Assembly: GCF_000143415.4 (NCBI RefSeq)
Contig: NW_003314407.1
Span: 1-64,000, forward strand
From: Selaginella moellendorffii
Taxonomy: Eukaryota; Plantae; Lycopodiophyta
Direction: 5' to 3'
DNA length: 64,000 nt
The notes under the pieces were generated by a model. The model was not told where the DNA came from, searched no databases, and saw only the letters and a program-made list of their open reading frames with translations. Positions 10,576-22,000 of the stretch are shown in pieces. The translations under genes were made by a program, and so were the position numbers. The first letter of the stretch is position 1. Every line of letters begins with the position of its first letter.

Positions 10576-12564
10576 TGTGAGACACAAAATCCCTAGGCCC
10601 CAAAGTGGAGCTGGAAGGGCGCCACATGGTAGTGGCCGAAGCGAGAGCCAAACGAGCGTAACACATTTGGACCAAAAGCTCCGACTTGAAAAGTCAAGAG
10701 CGGGAGTGGAACTCCCAACGAAGTGCTCGAAGAACGAGCACGAAGCGAGCAAAAGGCGAGGCTCCAAAAAGGGACCCAAAAGGGCCAACACATGACACGT
10801 AGGAGTCCGAGATAGACCCGAGTTGGAGTCCGAAGTGGAGTCCGAGATGGACCCGAGTTGGAGTCCGAAGTGGAGTCCGAGATGGACCCGAGTTGGAGTC
10901 CGAAGTGGAGTCCGAGATGGACCCGAGTTGGAGTCCGAAGTGGAGTCCGAGATGGACCCGAGATGGAGTCCGAGAAGGAGTCCGAAGTGGAGTCCGAGGT
11001 GGACCGGAGATGGACCCGAGAAGGAGTCCGAAGTGGAGTCCGAGGTGGACCGGAGATGGACCCGAGTTGGAGTCCGAAGTGGAGTCCGAGATGGACCCGA
11101 GATGGAGTCCGAGATGGAGTCCGAGATGGAGTCCGAGGTGGACCCGAGATGGAGTCCGAGAAGGAGTCCGAAGTGGAGTCCGAGGTGGACCCGAGATGGA
11201 CCCGAGTTGGAGTCCGAAGTGGAGTCCGAGATGGACCCGAGATGGAGTCCGAGATGGAGTCCGAGATGGAGTCCGAGGTGGACCCGAGATGGACCCGAAA
11301 TGGAGTCCGAGATGGAGTCCAAGATGGACCCGAGATGGAGTCCGAGATGGAGTCTGAGATGGAGTCCGAGATGGAGTCCGAGATGGAGTCCGAAGTCGAG
11401 ACCGAGACCGGGACCAAGACCGAGACCAAGACCAAGACCGAGATCGGGACCGAGACCGAGACTGAGGCCGAGGCCGAGACCGAGCCCGAGCCCGAGTCCG
11501 AGTCCGAGTCCGAGTCCGAGTCCGAGTCCGAGTCCGAGTCCGAGTCCGAGTCCGAGTCCGGAGCCTGAGAGGGTGAAAGCCCAAAGCGTTCGTCTCCCAG
11601 ACCCTAGGGGGTTTGGTGAGCTCCAAAAGTATAGTAGAGGGAGGACTGCAGTGGAGCCAGTTTGGCCAGGAAAGGCCAGTTTGGCCCAGGAAGGCCGGAC
11701 CCAGTGTTGGGTGATGAGCTGCCCACTGGGAAGTCCAAGACTAGAGTGAACACGGACCGACAAGCGGGGTAGCTTGGTGAAGTGTTCAAGAGCCGGCTCT
11801 AGTTTCCCCGGGAGATCGACTGGCCGATGCTCCCAGTCCAAGTGTGGGTGGCACTACCTACTTGGATACCAGGCGTGGCTCAACGGAACCTCGCTCTAAG
11901 CCCATGGCTAGAGCACCTAAGGGCAGAAGGCGAGGAGAGTACCCAGGTGGCTTGCGTAAGGCCACGGTGTTCCGAAATGTTGCCCCAAAGGCCCAGACCA
12001 TGGAAAGGAAGAGGAGCAGTCCTCTGGGGTAGTGACCAAGGACACAATCGTGTGGTGAGGAAGTCCCAGAGGACCGTGGGACTTAGTGGTCGGGCCTGTG
12101 GGTCTCGATCAAGTGGCAGTGTTGGCAAACACGGCCAGGGGCAGAAAGGGACTTAGTGGGGATTGACAGAGGGATATTGGGGAAGGCTATTCCCCTTGTC
12201 GGTGGGCATCCTAAGGGTGCTAAGGAGTGGATCTCAGGTGACCACTCACGGATGGTTTGCCTAGTCTTGGAGAGCCAAGACTGTGATGCAAGTGGTAATG
12301 GACTACCAGTGTGGCAAAGGTGATTGGGCATGGCCTTAGCGTAACGGGCTGGCATGTCGGTGGTACCTTTGAGTGTCGGTCATGGGATCAGACACGTGGA
12401 GCACTTGGACCAAGTGCAAATGTTGAGTGGCATAGATGCCATTCTCGGGGCTAGCAAGTCCCAAGTCCTGGATTGGACTTATGGAGGTTGTGAATGAGAC
12501 TCCTCCAAGCGGTCGGAGGTGTGGTTAAGTGACTAAAGTAGAATGGAAAATTTAGTTGCGTACA
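10576..12564 (+). repeat. 3' LTR of large element (1989 bp)
   Basis: Near-identical to 4469-6427; 30 bp longer through repeat-unit gain. Confidence 0.93.
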
Positions 12565-13282
12565 GTATGGCGACAGATCTTCAAGGCGACGCAGGAACTA
12601 GGAGACATTCCAGAGTTCAAGGCTCGGAGTGGGGATATCCTCCACTGGTTTGAGGGAGCTAGAGGTCCAGCCATTGGTCCATCTTGGAGGCGTATTCGCT
12701 GTTATGGACAACATGGATGGAACATGCGAGTCCGATGGGATGCATTAGGGGCTGAAGTCGGGATGTCAGTCTGGGAGGCAATGGGCCACAAGCGATGGTC
12801 CATCTAGAGGGCGACTGGAGTGCAGGCACTCTAGGAGGCAGGGAACCATTGCTGCTTTGATGGGCAACAAGCAAGGATATCAGGGGTGGTGGCATCATGG
12901 TGGAGACTCACTCTTGCAGCGGTGCGGCTTCATTACACCATCCTGAAGGAGCGGGTGAAACCAAGGCAGCTAGAGGAGTGGCAGTCCAGGTGGCTCCCAT
13001 GCTTCGGCAGATTGGTAGGTGGTGAGATTCGCTGGCAATGGCGCCCCCCAGACTCTGTTCTATGTTCAACTCGTGGGGGAGACTTGGACATCGACATGAT
13101 TTGATCAAGACAACCATGTCCACTTCTACTCCAGGACTAGGTCCCACTGTGACACAAGAGGATCACGTAGAGCAGCTCATTGAGAGGGCGGCACACCCAG
13201 TTTTTGTATTAGTCCCATTGGGACATGGGGAATGTACATACATGTTCAGCAATCTCACCGGATACCGCAGGGTGTCTTTGAT

Positions 13283-13329
13283 CCTAAACGCCTAAACACA
13301 CCTAAACCCTAAACCCTAAACCTAAACCC
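13283..13329 (-). repeat. Interstitial telomeric repeats at LINE 3' end / segment breakpoint
   Basis: CCTAAACG CCTAAACACA CCTAAA CCCTAAA CCCTAAA CCTAAACCC. Confidence 0.85.
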
Positions 13330-15184
13330 GTATGACACTTTTTTTTCTTGCTTTGTATGGAGGTTTTTGTCCCTGGCTCGTCCATGCATTATTGCTTGCA
13401 ACCTTGCTCCAAAGTTCACATCTAACCCTCTTCTATGGTGGTTCATCATCATCTTCTTCTTCTTTTCATGATGAGGAAAGACTCTTGTCTTGAATTTCAT
13501 CACTTGTCACTTTTTGTCTCACTATTATCCTCTTCATTATCATTGTGTTGTACCTTGTCTTCATTGTCCTCACTCTCCTAATCATTGGACGTTGATGTTA
13601 ATGAGGATGTATCGCTTAATGTATATTTATCATCAACAACCTAATCAACCTTATGTCTGTAGTTGGAGAGGTCATGGAATGGATGCTCCAATTCTTCTAT
13701 TTCCCTCTGATCAAAAAGTCTCTTAGTTAGAATCCTATTGTTGACTGTCCACAACAGCAATGCCCTTGACAAGGTTAGTCTGTCCTTGAGGATTCCATAA
13801 GCAGTGAAGGTTGTATCAATTCCTTCTCTGCAAACTGTATTGTAGTTGACAGAATAAACTCTAAGTTTCCTAATGAATGTCTTTTGAAGCTCTATATAAA
13901 TGGCCCTCCTTCCCTATTCATGTCTTTGTTAGGAATGTCCTCTTCTTTGATGACAATCCTATAGACTAATGGACTGTTTGGGTTGGTAAGATCCACCAAC
14001 ACTAGATCATCATCTTGTATCTCTAATGTCCACTTTTGTGGTTGTGTGGAGTTGCAGCCTCTTTTCACTCTGATGGACTCATATAGAAGTGTTTTAGATT
14101 GCTGGGCCGAGAAACATGAAAGAACTTATTAGAATTACTCAAAATATTTTTGAAATGGGAGAGAATGGATCCTAGTGTGAGGCCTCATGCTAAGTGAAAG
14201 GGGTAATGGAAGTAATTCTATAGGAGGTTAATAGCATGAGAACTCAAGAATGGATGGGGTGTATGAAAGGGGTAGTGGAGGTAATTCTATAGGAGGTTAT
14301 TAGCATAAAGCCTCACACTTAGAAATGGATGGGATGTGTTTGCCAATTCCTTGATAATAATATTACTTGTCCCATGGACAGATGTTCAAGCAAGATTACC
14401 ATCGAGAAACTAGACAAACCAAAATCTTTTTAGCACTTTAGCATAGCATGCTAATCCTTAAGCATGAGTCCAGTCACAATGTGCTGATGGAGATTACTAG
14501 CATGAAGCCTCACACTTAGATTGCTTGTGATATTTTTCCCAGTTTCTTAATGACAATCTTATTCACTTATGCAATAAACATGCATGCAAAGGAGATTGGT
14601 GTCGAGAAACTAGGCTAGAGGAGGTGGGTGGGCTTTTTTTCTTGGTGTGAGGCCTCACACTAATGTTTTTGTGTGAGGTTGGACACCATCCATTTGTAGA
14701 TTGGATTAAGGTATTATGGAGGGATGAAGTCATTTTCTTGGCATGAGGCCTCATGCTATTCATTTGTATGCATTTGTTTCTTACTACTTTAGGTGTCTAG
14801 GTGAGTAATCTTACTCGCCAATTCATCTTTGGGGTAAATGTTCAAACAAGATTGCTCCCCAAACACTTGCAAGACTGGGGAAACAGTGGAAGGTTGTACG
14901 TTTAGATGTTTGCTTAGCCATTGCCATATTTGTAGTGTCATTTTTATTCCACTTTAAGGTTCACAAGTTACACACTTTATTTCTATTCCTATCTATAGTG
15001 CCTAAGGAAACTGTTTGAAGGCAGCTAGGAAAAGCTCTTTGCAATGCGTTGGCTCACTAGAATGAACAAACCAAGCTAGGGGATCCTAGAAGTGCTACCT
15101 TAGAAGGATGCCATCGAGAATTTCCCTAATCTCTCCCTTCTCTCTAATCTCGTGAGAGGCTAGCTTTGGTGTTGAGCGAAACTG

Positions 15185-15603
15185 ATGCTGTCCAAGTCCG
15201 AGTGTGTGGATCTCATCACTTCTGCGACCAATTCCTCACAGGCGATCGATGCCCATTCCCGGATCGAGATCGCCCAGAAGCAAATGCTGCCTGGCGATTG
15301 CTGCTACCTCTCCAATCTCGTCATCCTTCGGTATGGCAAGCTGGGCAAGATCCAGCGCGCGCGAGCAGTGTTTGACTCCATGGAGCGATGCGATTGCCAC
15401 TTGTGGGTCATTATGTTCTTGGCACACGCCCAAGAAGGGCATCTCGCCACTACCAAGGATCGAGGCAAGGTTACTGCTGCATGGTGGATTTCTTGGGGCA
15501 AGCTGGGTGTGTGGAAGAGGCCGAGGAACTTGTGAGGAGCATGCCTTACAAGCCAGTTTCAGTGGATTGGATGTGCTTGCTGGGAGCAAAGTCTAGAAAT
15601 TGA
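15185..15603 (+). pseudogene. PLS-class pentatricopeptide repeat fragment (copy A)
   Basis: YGKLGKIQRARAVFDSM and YCCMVD.LG.AG.VEEAEELVRSMPYKP..VDW.CLLGA lie in different frames. Confidence 0.8.
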
Positions 15604-15849
15604 GGACAAAGATCTCATGGTGTTGTGCTAGAACAAGCTTTAAGTGTAGATTCTAGGAATTCTACTAGCAAATAGTAGCAATTTTGTTTGAAACTAGTGT
15701 GAGTGTAGATTCTGTGTCCTCGTGATTAAAGAGGGTATTCTTTGACAGATCATCATGTATGATTAAAGAAAAAATTCTTTGCTCATTTCCAATATAGTCC
15801 AAAAGCTGGCTCCTGTACTTTACCAAGCATAAATTTAGGGTTCTTGGAG

Positions 15850-16902
15850 GTCAGTGTCGCAGTGATGGCACAGGGCTGCGCGGCAATCTCCAGTGCAGGC
15901 GGCTATGGCAGGAGCTCAGCGGCTCGCTGGGCGACCTGGGCACATTCATCCCGATCGTCATGGCTGTAGCTCTCGTCAATGGCATGGATCTTGGTCTCTC
16001 ATTGCCACGGGCATCTACAACGTTCTCACCAGCGTGCTCTTTGGCGTGCCAATGCCTGTCCAGCCCATGAAATCCATCGCGGCGGTGGCCTTCACCGAAT
16101 CCAAGCATCTCAGTGTGGATGAGATCATGGCCGCGGGGATCACTGTGTCTGTGATCGTGTTTGTGCTTGGAACCACGGGCTTGATCACGGGTCGTGGCTT
16201 GGATCGTGCCATTGCCGGTGGTTCGTGGCATCCAGCTTGCGCATGGGCTCTTTCGCGGTCAAGGCTGTCAAGTACGTGATGAAGGATCAAAATCTCTCTA
16301 GGGACAAGGCAATGGGTGATCGACCATGGCTGGGCTTGGATGGAATTCTCCTCGCAGTGATTTGCTTCGCATTCATCGTGCTGGTGAATGGATCTGGCGA
16401 GGGCTACGAGTACTTCGTGACGAACAGTGAAGGTGATCGTCATCACGATGATCATGAAGAGCACCGTGAAGAACATCAAGCGAGATCGTCAAAGCTCGTG
16501 AAGTTTTTCCAGAGGATCCCGACTGCCTTGGCAGTGTTCGTGCTCGGGATCATCCTGGCGTTCGTGAGGAGGCCACACATTCTCAAGGAGCTCCAGTTTG
16601 GCCCGGCCACGCCACGGATCACTCGAATCTCTTTCCACGACTGGAAGACGGTTTGTGAGAGCCGCCATCCCGCAGCTCCCTCTCACTATCCTCAACTCGG
16701 TGGTGGCGGTTTGCAAGCTCTCGAGCGATCTCTTCCCGGCCAAGAAGGACTCCGTGACTCCGACCAAAGTCTCGGTGAGCGTGGGGCTCATGAACTTGGT
16801 GGGCTGCTGGTTTGGAGCTCTCCCGGTTTGCCATGGCGCTGGAGGACTGGCCGGGCAGTATCGTTTCGGAGCCACGAGTGGGGTAGCGGTGGCAAGCTTG
16901 TG
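15850..16902 (+). pseudogene. Molybdate transporter (MOT1/SULTR5-like) pseudogene, copy A, start deleted, frameshifted, 3' truncated
   Basis: GDLGTFIPIV, GVPMPVQPMKSIAAVA, AIPQLPLTILNSVVAVCKLS and CWFGALPVCHGAGGLAGQYRFG spread across frames. Confidence 0.88.
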
Positions 16903-17299
16903 TTGACCCGGTTTATGGTCTCGGCCATCAAAGGGGAGAGTGTAGATTCGTTGGCAATGAAGTCTTTTGAGTTTTTGTACTTCGAGAAAAGCTTCATGAA
17001 TGAAGTTAGCTCCGTATTGAGCTACGTACTCCGAACTTGAGTCTTCATTCTTTAGATCCATTGGTTAGCTCCGTTTTGAGCTATATGCTTCGTTTAAGCT
17101 CATGGATATTAAGGGTCTAGAGGGGCATTCTCCTAGAGGGGAGAATGTTACGATCCTTAAGAGCCTGGGGGTGGTTTACTATATATAGTGACCTATGGTA
17201 GGGTGGTTTAGGCTTTTGCTCCCTTGTTTGTTACAGCCAGAGCCACAATCCACCCCCGCCAACTCTTTGCTCCATCTGCAAGAACTATTTGCCACCTCT

Positions 17300-18962
17300 A
17301 AATACTTCAATCTGAAGAAAACTGTATATATACCCAATGGAGCGGGTTTGTGGTGTCTTCACTCGCGGGTTTGACAGCTGAGGTGTTGCAGATCAACAAA
17401 GCTTGAAGTTTATACCGAGCGGAGTGAAGTCTATGCTCGCACAACCTTTTGTGGATAACAGCGGAGGCATGCTGGTGGTTTCTCACTATCCAAGAGGATA
17501 TAACAACATCAAGCATAGAACCTGGGTGCAGTGCATCGCCGATAAGATTGCAGCTGTTTTCTGAATGTATTTTTCATTTCAACGATTATAAGTCAGTCTC
17601 CGGACTCTCCATCCAGAAAACATCTTCTGAATTTTGCTCGCGTAAGACTGTGATGTTGAAGTGTGAAATCATCAGCCACATCAAGCTCCTGTGAAATCAT
17701 CAGCCACATCGGCTGTCTGCACGAATCACAGACGTCAGAAAAATCTGAAGATTGCGAGCACTTCAGTACCTATAGTAAGTGATGCAATGCGCATAACAGT
17801 TCCATGTCTTGTTCCAACGCTGTACTTTCAGTTTCTTTTGCTGACAGCCAAGACAGTCCTGCTTGAAGCGCTGTTCGCAGGCCATAGCTGAGGAGCACTT
17901 GACTCCTTCCTCAACAGCAAAACGCATTTCAGACATTGCAAAAACAAGAAAAACAAGTACCTGAAACAGATGACTCCCTTATCGTAAAGCTTCGGAGTCT
18001 CAACAGCACTGCAATCTCGACAAGTAAAGCCAACAGCCAGCGGGAATGCCACTTACCGGACTCTCTCGAGTCGGACTGCATAATTCAGGTCCGAGCAGTG
18101 AAGGCAAACTTTCACCCATGAGATATAACGCTGCCAGAGGTCACGCAGCACCTTCCAGATTTTCATCCCAGTGACTCCGTCATCCAAACACACACCTTCC
18201 AGGTCGTACAGATTCAATCTGCCGTGAAGCTTTGGCAGAAGTGAGGCAGATAGGAAATCTGCACGATTCGCAAAAGCGGAGCTTAGCACTTCCATAGAAT
18301 ACGCACCAGTCGCGCAGCGTAAGCTCTCGTATAAGAGGACACAGCTTAGAGGAGCTGTAAATCCTGTGTTCCCACCATGCATCCAAGGCTTGAATCAGAA
18401 ACGTGTATCTGTTCGTGAAATATAAAACGCGAGTGCTTCGAGACGACAGTAGCGTGCTGTGCTTATGCACCAGCCATCTGCAAAATTCAACGTTTAAGCA
18501 AGGAAAACAAAATTTCCAGAAAATAGTATAGTCAGGAGGCACGTACCTTGGTAAGTTGGCTTGACTTGAGCCGACGAATTTCTCCCACAGACAGTCTGAT
18601 GAACACAGAGCGTACCAGTGCTTGCAAACTTGTCTTGATGAAGATAAGTCTCTCGCCATCATTGACATAAAGACACCTCGTCTGGGATAGAGGAGATTGG
18701 ACTCTGGTTGGAGCTCCCAGTTGCGCCCAGTCGAGTTTGTGCGAGTGTTGCACAGACTCGTCCTTGAGCTTTTTTTCTTCTGGAGTGTGTAAAGAAAGCC
18801 ACAAGAGTGACCACAGAGCCCGCCGCTTCTGATCCTGGTGAATTTCAACAAACGAAAATGTGATGCCCGGACTCGGGATCTCTTTCTCAGGAACTCCCCG
18901 AGGATTGCATTCCTTACCGCTGCTCGCATCCGACTTTCTCCCACTTGCCAGTCACGGACCAT
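17300..18962 (-). pseudogene. F-box-like gene remnant
   Basis: RQVCKHWYALCSSDCLWEKF resembles the C-terminal half of an F-box; frames are fragmented and boundaries uncertain. Confidence 0.4.
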
Positions 18963-19049
18963 CTTCCGACAGACGTAGTCTTCACATTAACTTGCTTTCA
19001 AGAAGGCCCGGTACAGCTGGAAGTAGAACTTGTACACAGGCCAACCTGC

Positions 19050-22000
19050 AGAGACGTAGAACAAAAGAAAGAATACCAGATGAATTCCATCAGCAGCAGT
19101 GTTGGTGACCCAGACTCGGTACGTTTTACCTCCATTCCTGCATAAGGAGTGAACGATTTGAACAGACTTGTCAAGCAACGGCTTCGTTTCTTCACTTCGA
19201 GCGTTGGAACCCGTTTCATTAGAGCCGCCGGTGTTCCTGTCTAAGGATAAACACTATTGACAGGATAAACACTAGTGACAGTGAAAACCATTCAGCAGCA
19301 TGTACAGAGATCACCTACCTGGTCGAGGGTAAAACTGTGATATGTGGACCTGTGGGAACGTGTACTCTCGTATTAGTTCCATGATCCTGTCAAAATCCTC
19401 TGATGTTTCTCCTGACAAGGATAAAAGCTCAATAAGATACAATCTTTTTCATGCATGCGAGTGTACCTGGAAATCCACAGATAATATCTGTAGCGATATG
19501 AATCTCCGGGACTAGTTTTTCTAAACTCGGCAAACGTGTACTCCCTCTTCCCCTGAAGAACACAGAAAACGGCTTATAGAGACAAAACAATCACCCAGAA
19601 CATTGGTACCTCCAACACCGAGTCCCTTCCAGATTGAACCAGAACATGAAGGAACGAATACACGCAAGGGTGACAGCCATTTCCTCCAGATGCTGTAAGA
19701 TGTAGATTCGGAGCATTGTACTTCTGTCTATGAGGAAGCGCGGCAACTAAAGCATGTAGAAGCGCTGGTATATTTGCTCCAATGTATGTTAATTCCCATT
19801 AACATAGAAAAACTCTCGTCCTGTAGTGCAAAGAAAGAAATAAATAAATAAAAAATGCTAGCTTGAAACAGATAACCATAACCGTAAGCTCTGAGACAAA
19901 TTGGGATCAAAGCACACCGCGCTAGCGGACAGAACAGGAAAACCCTAATGGACATGTAGTGAGGTGTGTCATGTAACACTCCCCCCAAAACCGAAGCCAC
20001 TCACCAAACCAAATCTGTTGCGTAGGAGCTGAAACTGGTGTGGCCCCAATGGCTTGGTGAGAAGATTGGCTAGCATGTCATATGTCCTGAGATGTTAGAT
20101 GGCCAAGGTGCCACCATCAACCAACTCATGCATGTAGTGAAATTGGACTTCAATGTGCTTCAAGCGGGCATGGTGGGCGGGGTTCTTGGACATGGCAATG
20201 CTGCTTCGGTTGCCATACCAAGAAGTAGTGGGGCCAGCTTATGCACATCCCAGCTCAGCAAGTAACCCTTGAGCCCAGACCACGTCCCTGCTACCAGTAG
20301 TGAGTGCGATGTACTCTGCTTCTGCACTAGAAAGGGCCACTACAGATTGTCACTTGGAGGCCCACATGATGGCACCTCCTGAGAAGGAAAGGCAAATGCC
20401 AGAAGTTGAGCAATGACCTTTGTTGTTGGCAAAACTAGCATCTGCGTAGCATGCCAATTAAGCATCACCCCCTGAATAAGCAATGCCGTAGTCCATAGTG
20501 CCCCGGAGGTATCTTATGATACGCTTGGCAGCTTGCCAATGTATGGTGGTTGGTGATGTGTTGTACTGACTCAAAGCAATAGTCGCATATGTGGGGCGAG
20601 TCATCAGGGCCAAATATGTGAGGCAACCAATGAGATGCCGATAGGGAGTCCTAGTGGGTAGAGGCTCACCAGACTGCTCAACTGTGAGGTCGATAGCACC
20701 AATGACCATCAAGGTCTTGACGGGGTGGCAATCACACATACCACACCAATCCAGCAAGACTTTGACTTTACGTCATTGGCTAAGCATATAGCCACCAGAC
20801 TCAGGATCACGTGTGACTTCAAAGCCAAGAAAGTAGGAGACTTGGCCAAGGTCCTTCATCTAGAATTGCTGGCTGAGAGCAGCTTTCAAAGCAGCAAGGG
20901 CATCGGTGTCATCACCCATGATGAGCAAATCATCAACGTAGAGGGCCACAATAAGCATGTGCTCAGCATGACCATTCACATACACATTGTGATCAGCATG
21001 ACAGCGACGAAAGCCTTGAGCGCGTAGGGTGGCATCAAATTTTTGATACCAAATATGGGAGCTCTATTTAGGCCATACAAAGCTTTCTGCAATTGCCATA
21101 TAGGGCCACTAGGGGCAACATTGTCCTCAAAAACAGGAGGTATATGCATATAGATGTCCTCTTGCAAATCCCCATTCAAAAATGCAGTTTTGACATCCAT
21201 ATGGTGGACTTGCCATTTGCGAGCAGCCGCAAGTGCAAAAAGAGTACGGAGGTTGGCCATTTTTACAACCAGTGAGAATGTTTCATTGTAGTCAAGGCCA
21301 TGGACTTGGCGAAAACCGCGAACAACCAACCGTGCCTTAACCTGACCATCTTTCCCATACTTTTTGGAAAAATTCACTTTGGATCCAAAACACATCGTCC
21401 CAATGGCGCTGAATCAACTGGAACATAAGTTCCGTTAACCCGAATGGAAAAAACTTCTTCCGCAATAGCTTCCATCCAAGATGAAGCCTCAGGTCTTGAG
21501 ATGGCCTCATCACAGGTCATGGGGATGCTGATGTCAACAAGGCCACAAAAGTCATCAAGCTCTGCAGCATCTGCTTCAGCATTTTCTTGGACTTTCAACG
21601 AGGGCCGACGTTCCCGAGGGTGATCAAGAACTGGCATCGGATCAGGCATGCCACGAAGTTGACAAGGTGGTGGAGGTGTCGGAGGCCTGTCCTCGACTGG
21701 AGGAGCATCAGCTGGTTCAAACATGTCCAGAAGTGGAGGATTCCCCAATGGAATCTCTAGTGGCAGCTCATGAATAGGATCTTGAGGCGGAGGCAAGAGT
21801 GGACCATCTCCCATAAGTGGGATCAAAGGAACAAGTCGAGTCTCAACAATGAAAGATAGATCTTGAAGAGCCTTTATACGCATGAGAAAGTCGTCTTTAT
21901 TGAACATGATATCTGTGCTTACAAGAGCTTTGTGAGATGCAAGATCCCACAACTTGTAAGCTTTTCTCCCGATGGTGTCGTCCTGTGCATATCCCACGAA

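Larger units (their letters stand above)
4469..12564 (+). mobile_element. Large non-autonomous Gypsy-derived LTR retrotransposon (LARD-like), complete
   Basis: LTRs 4469-6427 and 10576-12564 (TG..CA); TSD GTATG at 4464-4468 and 12565-12569; PBS TGGTATCGGAGC 6431-6442; purine-rich tract 10562-10575; no long internal ORF. Confidence 0.93.
3165..13300 (+). mobile_element. 5'-truncated, decayed L1/Tx1-like non-LTR retrotransposon (RT C-terminus / zf-RVT), interrupted by LTR element 4469-12564
   Basis: WLNQPLFFN; zinc-finger motif ETARHVLWRCDVARKV (ends ~4468) continues as VWRQIFKA after 12564; several stops; 3' end runs into telomeric repeats. Confidence 0.72.
13330..16902 (+). repeat. Segmental duplication copy A (copy B 30532-34107; partial copy C 56943-58565)
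   Basis: Colinear high identity across all three copies, including the PPR fragment and MOT1 pseudogene. Confidence 0.92.

Noticed and set aside
16225-17040. 271-aa and 320-aa (33430-34392) ORFs as functional MOT1
   Set aside because: Conserved motifs lie in different frames and the start is deleted; these are pseudogenes.
16901-17235. Solo LTR truncating MOT1 copy A (TG..CA, TATA-like at ~17180)
   Set aside because: No matching TSD (GCTTG vs GCCAG) and no second copy in the window; left unclassified.
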